64,000 nucleotides of DNA from Pyrinomonadaceae bacterium (GTDB lineage: Bacteria > Acidobacteriota > Blastocatellia > Pyrinomonadales > Pyrinomonadaceae). Of the stretch, positions 41,510 to 49,064 are shown piece after piece (position 1 is the stretch's first letter; every line of letters begins with the position of its first letter). A model generated the notes under the pieces. It did not search any database and was not told the DNA's origin. It saw nothing but the letters and a program-made list of their open reading frames with translations. The DNA lies in NCBI GenBank assembly GCA_036003745.1, contig DASYSD010000019.1, positions 1,500 through 65,499 of the forward strand, read 5' to 3'. The position numbers and the translations under genes were made by a program.

Positions 41510-42766
41510 GTGTTCTTTAAGCGGAAAGGAATTGCTCGACCGCCAGCTGCCCGCCTGGGTCAAAGATTTGCCCTGCTTTGGGAAAGACCCGTAGTAAGCC
41601 TGGTACTAGCGCTCACGATCTACACATTATTTGGTGTGGGCCACAGCTCAACTCTGGAAGCGTCTGCCGTACCGTACTACAACTATCTCGCCGATGCCTT
41701 CCTCCACGGTCAACTACATCTCAGATTGATTCCCAAATCAACCCTAGATTTAAGCTATTTCAATGGTCATTTTTATCTCTATTGGGCTCCCCTGCCAGCC
41801 GTACTCCTAATGCCATTCGTGGCCCTCTTTGGAGTGGGTTTTAGCGACGTGGCATTCACATTACTTGTGGCTGCTGCGAATGTTTTCCTCGTTGCCATTT
41901 TGCTAAGGAAACTGTGTGTTGTTCGGATTGCAAGGGTCTCAAGAGTCAAACGGGGAATTTTGGTGTTGTTTTTTTCTCTTGGCACTGTACACCTAACACT
42001 TGCTCCGTTTGGGCGCGTCTGGTCCACGGGACAACTCGTAGGATTCCTCTGCGTCATTCTCGCTTACTTAGCCAGCATTAGCGTTCACTCGCGTTGGGCC
42101 TTCGCGTTTACGGGATTAGCCATCGCGGGTGCAGTGCTCACGCGAAGTCACCTTATCTTCGCCGCTCTCTGGCCGTGTATCTATCTTTGGAAGCAATACT
42201 CTTCTGCAGGAGTGAGGAAGAAGGTTGGATTGTTTCTCTTAACTCTGTTGCCGATCCTCGCCGCTATAGCGCTGCTAGGAATCTACAATTGGTTGAGATT
42301 CGGAAATATACTCGATAATGGTATTCCCCATCATGCAATGCATGCCGCATTTTCCAAATCCTACCAACAGTATGGCGCATTCAACATCCACTATGTACCG
42401 ATCAATCTGTTTTACCAATACATCGCTTATCCTCTACCCATTCGACCGAGTAGCTATTACGGAGGAAGCCTGTTTTTACTGAGCCCTGTCTTCGTTGCCG
42501 CATTTTGGTCCCCTGGCGGGAAATCTGCTTGGATTCGCTGGGGCCTACTCGCCAGCATCGTGTTAGTAGGGATTCCTATTGCCCTTTTGATGGGGACAGG
42601 ATGGGTTCAGTTTGGGCCACGCTATACGCTCGATTTCACAGTGCCATTACTCATGCTTACGGCAATCGGAAGTCGTAAATGGTCTACCTCGACATTGTCC
42701 TTTTTTACACTGGTCTCTATTGTCCAATACTTCGTTGGAACTTTGAGCTTGATGGTTAGTCTCTGA
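41510..42766 (+). CDS. Polytopic membrane protein, GT-C-like (ArnT/PMT-like) putative glycosyltransferase
   Basis: GTG start 5 nt after the previous stop. About 11 hydrophobic segments. The first periplasmic loop has YYNYLADAFLHGQLHL. The family assignment is tentative. Confidence 0.65.
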   Translation: MFFKRKGIARPPAARLGQRFALLWERPVVSLVLALTIYTLFGVGHSSTLEASAVPYYNYLADAFLHGQLHLRLIPKSTLDLSYFNGHFYLYWAPLPAVLLMPFVALFGVGFSDVAFTLLVAAANVFLVAILLRKLCVVRIARVSRVKRGILVLFFSLGTVHLTLAPFGRVWSTGQLVGFLCVILAYLASISVHSRWAFAFTGLAIAGAVLTRSHLIFAALWPCIYLWKQYSSAGVRKKVGLFLLTLLPILAAIALLGIYNWLRFGNILDNGIPHHAMHAAFSKSYQQYGAFNIHYVPINLFYQYIAYPLPIRPSSYYGGSLFLLSPVFVAAFWSPGGKSAWIRWGLLASIVLVGIPIALLMGTGWVQFGPRYTLDFTVPLLMLTAIGSRKWSTSTLSFFTLVSIVQYFVGTLSLMVSL

Positions 42767-42791
42767 ACTGAAGCATGTGTGACACGTGAAG

Positions 42792-44261
42792 CTATCTTCT
42801 CTTCCGCACAAAGACGACTGCGATTTCGTCTTCAAAGACGATTTCAAACTGTGGATCCAGACGGAGCAATTGCGTCAAAGCGAAATCTCTATTTGCAATG
42901 ACAAGATTGGAGGCTAAGAGCTCTTGATCCAACGACCACCCAGGCTTCCCATACCAGACATCGAAATTTTGCCTTACTCGATCCGGATAATGGATATTGC
43001 TGCGGCCATCCATGGACACCGGTAAGCTCGGCAGACGCCAAATAAGGTATCCGCCCCAGTTGAAGTGGTTGTACAAGGGTCCGGACAACTGTCGTTCTTC
43101 AACAAAAGCGGCGGCAGCGGACGGATAGCTCTTACCAATTATTTTTTGGAGTTCTGGATTTGATATGTGATATGCGCTCACAGACAGGGCCAGCAAAAGA
43201 GCAACGGTTACCAGAACCACAACCCTCAACCGACTAGTTAACTGGAATCGCTGAGATGCATGGTCTCCGGAGTAACGCGCAAATATGGTGACGGCGACAA
43301 CGACGACGAACCATACGTCGCGATTGCCGCGAAACGAAACAACGGCAGACCCCACAAATAGTAATAACCAGAACGGACTCACTCTTTGTGCACGACCAGC
43401 CATGAACGCAGCCGCAGCTACCAAAAACAGGACCAACCAATCTGGAAAACTTCGGAATGGCAGGGCTTGGAGTTCGCTGACGAGACCGTAAAGCCCGCCT
43501 AGACTCATGGTTTCGGCGAGTATCCAGTAAATCTGGATGTGATATGGGTTAGCCGCCAAGGCAAGAACACAGCCAATAATTGTGAGCACCATCAAACGAG
43601 CCGGAAAGGGTTTATCTGTATCGCCGATGTTCCAGTGACGAAATAGACGCATCACAGGTTCTTCGATCGCGGCAGCGCCAAGCACACAGAATCCGTAAAC
43701 AAATTGAATGTGTAGATTCCCCCACAATGCAAAGAGTGGAAGCAACCATAAAAGGCGTTTGAAATTGCGTGAACGCCGAACACTCACCAGGATATTCAAT
43801 TCGATGCAGAAGAAGAGGATTGTGAATAACCAGGGCCGCGGGCTACATGTTCGCGTCATCGCAACCAAAGCCAGTGCGGTTAGACCGACCGACTGCGCCA
43901 ATCGATGCTCAAATTTTCTGATTAGAGAATGAAGTGCAGCGGTGATTGCTAACACCAGACCGTAGGTGAAAATGAGAATTCCGATCAGTCCAAAGCGAGT
44001 CAAAAAACCGTAGATCAGCACTTCGAATAGCCAGCTGTACGCAGCCCAGGGTTTTCCCATTCCGGTCCAGGAAAATGAATCTGAGTGCGGCACAGCACGG
44101 TGTTGGACGATCCACTGACCAGTACGAAGATGCCACCACATGTCGGGGTCCAGAACATTTACAGCGGCAATGATTAGGAATGGCGGGATAGCGTATACGG
44201 CAATCAGCAGGGCACACTTGCGGAATTGCTCTTCCAACGAAGAGGACGAGGAATCGGTCAC
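42792..44261 (-). CDS. Polytopic membrane protein (489 aa) with a C-terminal soluble domain, possibly a GT-C-like transferase or polymerase
   Basis: About 11 hydrophobic segments and a ~130-aa C-terminal hydrophilic domain. Convergent with the 41510 gene. Confidence 0.7.
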   Translation of the reverse strand: MTDSSSSSLEEQFRKCALLIAVYAIPPFLIIAAVNVLDPDMWWHLRTGQWIVQHRAVPHSDSFSWTGMGKPWAAYSWLFEVLIYGFLTRFGLIGILIFTYGLVLAITAALHSLIRKFEHRLAQSVGLTALALVAMTRTCSPRPWLFTILFFCIELNILVSVRRSRNFKRLLWLLPLFALWGNLHIQFVYGFCVLGAAAIEEPVMRLFRHWNIGDTDKPFPARLMVLTIIGCVLALAANPYHIQIYWILAETMSLGGLYGLVSELQALPFRSFPDWLVLFLVAAAAFMAGRAQRVSPFWLLLFVGSAVVSFRGNRDVWFVVVVAVTIFARYSGDHASQRFQLTSRLRVVVLVTVALLLALSVSAYHISNPELQKIIGKSYPSAAAAFVEERQLSGPLYNHFNWGGYLIWRLPSLPVSMDGRSNIHYPDRVRQNFDVWYGKPGWSLDQELLASNLVIANRDFALTQLLRLDPQFEIVFEDEIAVVFVRKRR

Positions 44262-44370
44262 GAGTTCATTAATCTCCAGTTCTCGACCAAACCGAGTATC
44301 GAGACTGCTACTCAGTCTTAGAGCGCGCCCAAAGATAGAACTGAAAATACGTCAGCGGAGGGCCCAATCT

Positions 44371-44457
44371 TTAGCCGCTGCGTCGGCGCATAAAAAGAAA
44401 ACCCACGAGTGCCACGATCACAATGATCGCGGTGATGGTCATCCAGTTTAGCTGCAT
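44371..44457 (-). CDS. Possible 28-aa single-TM micro-protein (MQLNWMTITAIIVIVALVGFLFMRRRSG)
   Basis: GAGGA lies 9 nt upstream of the ATG. The peptide is a hydrophobic core followed by RRR. It sits ~110 nt upstream of the 489-aa membrane protein gene on the same strand. It is below the track's length cutoff. Confidence 0.3.
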   Translation of the reverse strand: MQLNWMTITAIIVIVALVGFLFMRRRSG

Positions 44458-44620
44458 TAAACTAGTCCTCTTCAGGGGGAGTACTCGAGCGTTGGAGCTC
44501 GCTTTTATAGTATTAGGACTCGACTAGTCAATACATTTCCCACTAATTTCAGAACGGCACCGCTTCGCTTATTCCCGTTCGCGGTCCAAACGGGGAGAAT
44601 CCAGCATTCTTCTGCCGCAA

Positions 44621-44638
44621 CTGCTCGCAAGCGAGCAG
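44621..44638. promoter_or_regulatory. Perfect palindrome CTGCTCGC-AA-GCGAGCAG: candidate bEBP upstream activating site, or a REP-like motif
   Basis: Centred ~140 nt upstream of the flp-1 -24/-12 element. The same motif occurs at the same spacing upstream of flp-2. Confidence 0.4.
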
Positions 44639-44768
44639 TGTTGAACGTGAATAACATGGTGGCAATCCGATGTGTTTGCCTCATCGATCAGGAAACTTCA
44701 TTTTTTACACCAATCAAACATTGAGATTCATTCAATCACGTACGGCGAAACATGGTCCCAGCCCGTCA

Positions 44769-44783
44769 CGGCACGAGCATTGC
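44769..44783 (+). promoter_or_regulatory. Sigma-54 (-24/-12) promoter candidate for flp-1
   Basis: CGGCACGAGCATTGC matches the GGCACG-N4-TTGC consensus with GG-N10-GC spacing. Confidence 0.55.
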
Positions 44784-44796
44784 GGAAACGGACCCT

Positions 44797-44860
44797 GCAC
44801 TCGAAATGTTGCCGTGATCGGCAGGAGCGATCACTCAGGTTTCCTGAGATGACGCCTTCA
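44797..44860 (+). promoter_or_regulatory. Conserved structured 5' leader block of flp-1
   Basis: 64 nt with 4 substitutions and 1 indel relative to 45456-45520. Hairpins TGCCG-TGAT-CGGCA and CTCAGG-TTT-CCTGAG. Confidence 0.5.
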
Positions 44861-44942
44861 CTTCCGGTGCAATCCTTACCCGTACAGTCTTTAAAAACGC
44901 CGGGTAAAAACAAAAAAAATAAAATCCTAAGGAGAATAAATC

Positions 44943-45113
44943 ATGATTAAGAGATTTCTGAACGACGAGTCGGGTATAGAAACAATGGAATACGCGATCA
45001 TCGCCGCCATCGTCGCTGCTGTTGCGATCCTGGTCTATGGTGCAGGCTGGGGACAAGCACTCAGAGACAAGCTATTGGGTGCGGCGAACGTTAGCACGAA
45101 CGTTGGCCTGTAA
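44943..45113 (+). CDS. flp: Flp-family type IVb pilin (56 aa), paralog 1
   Basis: AAGGAG RBS. MIKRFLNDESG/IETMEYAIIAAIVAAVAILVYGAG... carries the Flp G/xxxxEY processing motif and a hydrophobic core. Not in the ORF track because it is under 60 aa. Confidence 0.9.
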   Translation: MIKRFLNDESGIETMEYAIIAAIVAAVAILVYGAGWGQALRDKLLGAANVSTNVGL

Positions 45114-45124
45114 ACCATCTCAGT

Positions 45125-45175
45125 CTTCTGTCAACGTGGGCGCCCATTTCGCAAACGTTGACAGAAGCGTTTTCC
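45125..45175 (+). terminator. Intrinsic terminator after flp-1
   Basis: 13-bp perfect stem CTTCTGTCAACGT (45125-45137) / ACGTTGACAGAAG (45155-45167), followed by CGTTTTCC. Confidence 0.7.
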
Positions 45176-45282
45176 ATCCGTCCTCCGCAAAACTCATCTC
45201 CCAACTTATTTGTCCAACAAACCGCCTACGCGGCCAGGCTTGGCAATCATTTTATCTACCGTCGGGCAGTGTTCTGCCGCAA

Positions 45283-45300
45283 CTGCTCGCAGGCGAGCAC
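45283..45300. promoter_or_regulatory. Palindrome CTGCTCGC-AG-GCGAGCAC: candidate upstream activating site, or a REP-like motif (flp-2 copy)
   Basis: Centred ~138 nt upstream of the flp-2 -24/-12 element. The flanks (TTCTGCCGCAA ... TGTTGAAC) are also shared with the flp-1 copy. Confidence 0.4.
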
Positions 45301-45428
45301 TGTTGAACCGGAAAAAACCAATAGAAGGTTGCAATGTGTGTCGGTAACAAGCCTCCAAACCTGTCATTTACTGCGGAAAAACTCGAACCTGATGCAGCCG
45401 AATTTATTTTGGACCAAGGCCACAGAAT

Positions 45429-45443
45429 TGGCACAACCCTTGC
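45429..45443 (+). promoter_or_regulatory. Sigma-54 (-24/-12) promoter candidate for flp-2
   Basis: TGGCACAACCCTTGC is an exact TGGCAC-N5-TTGC. Confidence 0.6.
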
Positions 45444-45455
45444 CATTCACAGTAC

Positions 45456-45520
45456 GCACTCGAAATGTTGCCGTTATCGGCAGGAGCGGTCGTTCAGGTC
45501 TTCCTGAGATGACGCCTTCA
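45456..45520 (+). promoter_or_regulatory. Conserved structured 5' leader block of flp-2
   Basis: Paralogous to 44797-44860. Hairpins TGCCG-TTAT-CGGCA and TCAGG-TCTT-CCTGA. Confidence 0.5.
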
Positions 45521-45590
45521 GTTCTGTATTGCCCGTACGGTCCATGGGACATCGGGTGTAAACCAAATTAACCCTTCTAAGGAGATCAAA

Positions 45591-45761
45591 ATGATTAAGA
45601 AGTTTCTGAACGACGAGACAGGTATCGAAACGATGGAGTACGCAATCATCGCGGCCATCGTAGCAGCCGTTGCCATCCTGGTATATGGCGCGGGTTGGGG
45701 CCAAGCCCTCCGAAACAAACTGCTGGGCGCAGCCAACGTAAGCACAAACGTGGGCCTTTAA
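45591..45761 (+). CDS. flp: Flp-family type IVb pilin (56 aa), paralog 2
   Basis: AAGGAG RBS. MIKKFLNDETG/IETMEYAIIAAIVAAVAILVYGAGWGQALRNKLLGAANVSTNVGL. Not in the ORF track. Confidence 0.9.
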   Translation: MIKKFLNDETGIETMEYAIIAAIVAAVAILVYGAGWGQALRNKLLGAANVSTNVGL

Positions 45762-45780
45762 TGCTCATGACCCAGTTAAA

Positions 45781-45814
45781 GACGAGTTTGGCTGCATCGT
45801 CAACCAAACTCGTC
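45781..45814 (+). terminator. Hairpin after flp-2: a probable attenuator or partial terminator ahead of the assembly genes
   Basis: 11-bp stem GACGAGTTTGG (45781-45791) / CCAAACTCGTC (45804-45814), followed by ATCTCTCTTGT. Confidence 0.5.
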
Positions 45815-45861
45815 ATCTCTCTTGTAATGGAATCTAGTTTGCGCCAAGGACACACACCGAA

Positions 45862-46389
45862 ATGTCGGCTACTCAAAACGTCGCCTTAGTCCTCCTTTTT
45901 ATCCCGATGGCACTCCTTATTATTTACATGGATGTGCGATACAGGCGAATTCCAAATAAGTTGGTACTAGTCATTTTAATAGGTGGCGTCACCTTAAATA
46001 CGCTTTTCGGCGGAACTCACGGCCTCGTTGCAAGTCTTGGCGGCTTTGCTCTCGCGTTTGCAGTGATGTTTTTCTTTCACGCATTCGGAACTATGGGAGC
46101 GGGTGATGTGAAGCTATTCGCCGCCGTAGGCGCAATCAATGGAATTTCACTCGTGCTGCCCACCCTTCTCGTTGTCGCCCTTACAGGGGGCGTGATGGCC
46201 ATCATCAAGATGGTCTATTCAGGACGAGCGAAGGCCACGATGTTTGGGGTGCTGCAGTTCTTTTACGGACTGCTACCCGGTCAGACGGTTCCGCGCTTCG
46301 CAATTCCAGCGGACCGTAGTTACACGCTGCCATACGCCGTGCCGATCTGCTTCGGAAGTCTACTGGCGTTTTTACTTTTTCATGCCTGA
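45862..46389 (+). CDS. cpaA: Prepilin peptidase CpaA/TadV (A24 family)
   Basis: Polytopic protein with the DVRYRRIPN and GAGDVKLFAAVGA aspartyl-protease motifs. Confidence 0.88.
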   Translation: MSATQNVALVLLFIPMALLIIYMDVRYRRIPNKLVLVILIGGVTLNTLFGGTHGLVASLGGFALAFAVMFFFHAFGTMGAGDVKLFAAVGAINGISLVLPTLLVVALTGGVMAIIKMVYSGRAKATMFGVLQFFYGLLPGQTVPRFAIPADRSYTLPYAVPICFGSLLAFLLFHA

Positions 46390-46440
46390 GGCATGGCCTC
46401 GGGTTCTCGATGCAAATTACTTCGGTCTGGAGAGTGAGTA

Positions 46441-47346
46441 ATGCGAAATAAACGTCTCATCCTCGCGCTATGCGGCGCAGTGATTTGTGGGTTGCTCGCG
46501 GTCATGCTGGTAACCCGCTATGTGGCGAGCGTACAAACGTTCACAAAGGAACTAAACAACGTCGTCGTGGCGAAGGTTGAAATACCACTGGGCGCGAAGA
46601 TCACCGTTGAACAACTCGGACTGGCACCCATACCCAATGGATCCGCGCCTGAGGGAGCGTTTCGCAAATTGGAAGAAGCCGTTGGCCGGGTCACCGTCAC
46701 ACCAATCGGTGTTCGTGAACCGATTACAAATCTGAAACTCGCGCCTGAAGGTGTGGGGGCAGGCCTGTCCGCAGTCATTCCTGAAGGCTATCGCGCTATG
46801 ACTGTGAAGGTTGATGACATTGTCGGTGTTAATGGTTTCGTGATGCCCGGCTCTTATGTCGACGTCGTGGCCGTAATCGTCCCCGTTAATCAAAGCACCG
46901 CCGCGCAGGGCCCGATCTCCAAGATCGTGCTGCAAAATATCAAAGTCCTTGCAAGTGGTACAAAGATCGATTCCCCTCAGGATCAGCGTCAACCAACTGA
47001 CTCCAAGGCAGTGACCCTCCAGGTAACACCGACAGAAGCCGAGAAACTTGTACTCGCTGCAAACGAAGGCAAATTACAACTCGTAATGCGGAATTACACG
47101 GACCAGGAAGACAGCGCGACCACCGGCGCGAACAAGCAGTCGCTGCTCAATGGTGAGTCAGTCAAGCTCGACTCCGGTCCGACCACCGAAAGAACAGTTA
47201 AACCAGTCGTTTCCAAACCAGTAAAACGCGTCAAGGCGGCGGCTTCTCATGTAGACCTAAAACCGATCGACATCGCACAGCCCGTCGCTCGTAAGTACGT
47301 CGAATTGATTGAAGGATCAAAGAGACGCGACGTCGATGTTCCGTAG
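46441..47346 (+). CDS. cpaB: Flp pilus assembly protein CpaB/RcpC
   Basis: N-terminal anchor, a SAF-like domain (VVVAKVEIPLGAKITVEQL) and an RcpC-type beta domain. Confidence 0.88.
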   Translation: MRNKRLILALCGAVICGLLAVMLVTRYVASVQTFTKELNNVVVAKVEIPLGAKITVEQLGLAPIPNGSAPEGAFRKLEEAVGRVTVTPIGVREPITNLKLAPEGVGAGLSAVIPEGYRAMTVKVDDIVGVNGFVMPGSYVDVVAVIVPVNQSTAAQGPISKIVLQNIKVLASGTKIDSPQDQRQPTDSKAVTLQVTPTEAEKLVLAANEGKLQLVMRNYTDQEDSATTGANKQSLLNGESVKLDSGPTTERTVKPVVSKPVKRVKAAASHVDLKPIDIAQPVARKYVELIEGSKRRDVDVP

Positions 47347-47433
47347 TAGTGGAGTAGCTACCGCTTGGAAGGCCTGCAGAAAATGCTACACCGCTTGCGT
47401 CAAACGATTTCACCACCAGCAAGGAGCGAATTC

Positions 47434-48954
47434 ATGCACTCGCGTAAATACTTTTCTTTCGTTGCTATCGTGGCAACGCTTCTACTCGGGGCCATGCCTC
47501 TCTTCGCGCAGGACCAGAGCACAAACGCCACTTTCGGCACTAAAGAAGTCATCCCCGTCAATGTGCTTGTGGGCCAGTCGAAGCTGATCACTTTCGATAA
47601 TCCGATCGAACGTTTCTCAGTGTCCAACCCGGAAATTGCCGAGGCAGTACTCGTCACGAATAACCAGGTCGTGGTAAACGGCAAATCATTTGGCCAGATC
47701 AATTTCATTGCCTGGGAAAAGAATACGGGACGCTTTCTCGTTTTCGATGTTTACGTCAGGACAAACCTGAATTTAATCGATTCTCAGGTTCGTGCCCTGT
47801 TTCCTAAAGATGACATTCGGCTGAGCCAGGCTAACGGCTCTGTTGTCATCTCAGGTTCGGTCAACGATCCTAGCATCGCGACACAAGTGGACGCCGTCGT
47901 TCAGGCCGCAGGGTTTAAGACGGTTAATCTGCTCCAATCACCTGTGAAGAATGCAATGCAGGTGCAGCTCATGGTGCGTGTGGCCGAAGTCTCCAAGAAT
48001 CGCATGCGTGACCTGGGAACCTCCTATGCGTATCAGTCATCAGCCGGTGTCGGAGGTTATGCCAACAGCGGCCAGGGACCGAGTTCGCTTGGTGGCGTTG
48101 AGGGCGGACTTCTCACCGGGACTATTTCAAACTCGCTGAATCTATTTCTAATGGGTGGAAACACGCTCGCGTTCCTTCGAGCCTTGCAGCAACAGGGTGC
48201 ACTACGCGCGCTTGCGGAGCCAAATCTGATTGCGATGAACGGTCAGGTCGCGAGTTTCCTCGCAGGAGGTGAGTATCCTGTGCCGGTCGTGCAGAGCGGT
48301 AGTGAGCGTTCAACCGTAACGATCGTATTTAAGGAATATGGCGTGCGTTTGAACTTTAAGCCGACCATCATCGACGAAGATCACATTCGTTTGGAACTCG
48401 AGCCCGAAGTCTCGACTCTCGATTTCGCGAATGGTGTGAAGCTTGAAGGCTTTTCAATTCCAGCGCTTCGTACCCGTCGCGCAAAGACTGGTATTGAATT
48501 GCGTGATGGCCAAAGTTTCGCGCTGGCAGGACTCCTGGACAACAACGAGACTCAAACTATTTCGAAGGTGCCAGGCATCGGCGACATTCCTATTCTCGGA
48601 AACCTGTTCAAATCAAAGTCGTTTCAGAAGAATGAGACCGAATTAATGTTTATCGTCACGGCACAAATAGTCAACCCTGTAAACCGGGACGATCTGCCAA
48701 AGCTCCCAAACGTGGATAGCCTGAAAAATGGATCGCTACTTGGTGTTGAACCGAAGAGTGGTGGGCTCACTGGACCAACGGGCTTCAGCCTGAAACCCGC
48801 GGGTGAGATTGGACAGTCTGAGACATCAGATCCAACTAAGGAAACAAAGGGAGTCGCTGCGTCGGCTGTTACAAAGACCGCGTTGCCGACCGCACCGCTT
48901 GCGCAACCAGTCTCTGCAACGAAGCAAGATGCAAAGGCAACGCCAAATCCGTAA
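47434..48954 (+). CDS. cpaC: Tad secretin CpaC/RcpA
   Basis: AAGGAG lies 7 nt upstream. Signal peptide. BON/pilus-formation N-domain. Secretin core LAEPNLIAMNGQVASFLAGGEYPVP...VPGIGDIPILGNLF. Confidence 0.92.
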   Translation: MHSRKYFSFVAIVATLLLGAMPLFAQDQSTNATFGTKEVIPVNVLVGQSKLITFDNPIERFSVSNPEIAEAVLVTNNQVVVNGKSFGQINFIAWEKNTGRFLVFDVYVRTNLNLIDSQVRALFPKDDIRLSQANGSVVISGSVNDPSIATQVDAVVQAAGFKTVNLLQSPVKNAMQVQLMVRVAEVSKNRMRDLGTSYAYQSSAGVGGYANSGQGPSSLGGVEGGLLTGTISNSLNLFLMGGNTLAFLRALQQQGALRALAEPNLIAMNGQVASFLAGGEYPVPVVQSGSERSTVTIVFKEYGVRLNFKPTIIDEDHIRLELEPEVSTLDFANGVKLEGFSIPALRTRRAKTGIELRDGQSFALAGLLDNNETQTISKVPGIGDIPILGNLFKSKSFQKNETELMFIVTAQIVNPVNRDDLPKLPNVDSLKNGSLLGVEPKSGGLTGPTGFSLKPAGEIGQSETSDPTKETKGVAASAVTKTALPTAPLAQPVSATKQDAKATPNP

Positions 48955-49064
48955 GCAAAGGTTCCCCGACGAGCTTCGGTTTGTTGCTGCTAACCTCTTT
49001 GGTTCAACGAGCAACAAACTGAAGTTTATCGGACATTGAACGTTTTCTTCTCAAGTCATCATAC

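Noticed and set aside
45114-45590. Track ORFs in the flp-1/flp-2 spacer (45022-45306, 45158-45571, 45252-45446, 45364-45552, 45474-45704).
   Set aside because: They run across the terminator, promoter and leader elements. The paralogous region upstream of flp-1 does not preserve any of these frames.
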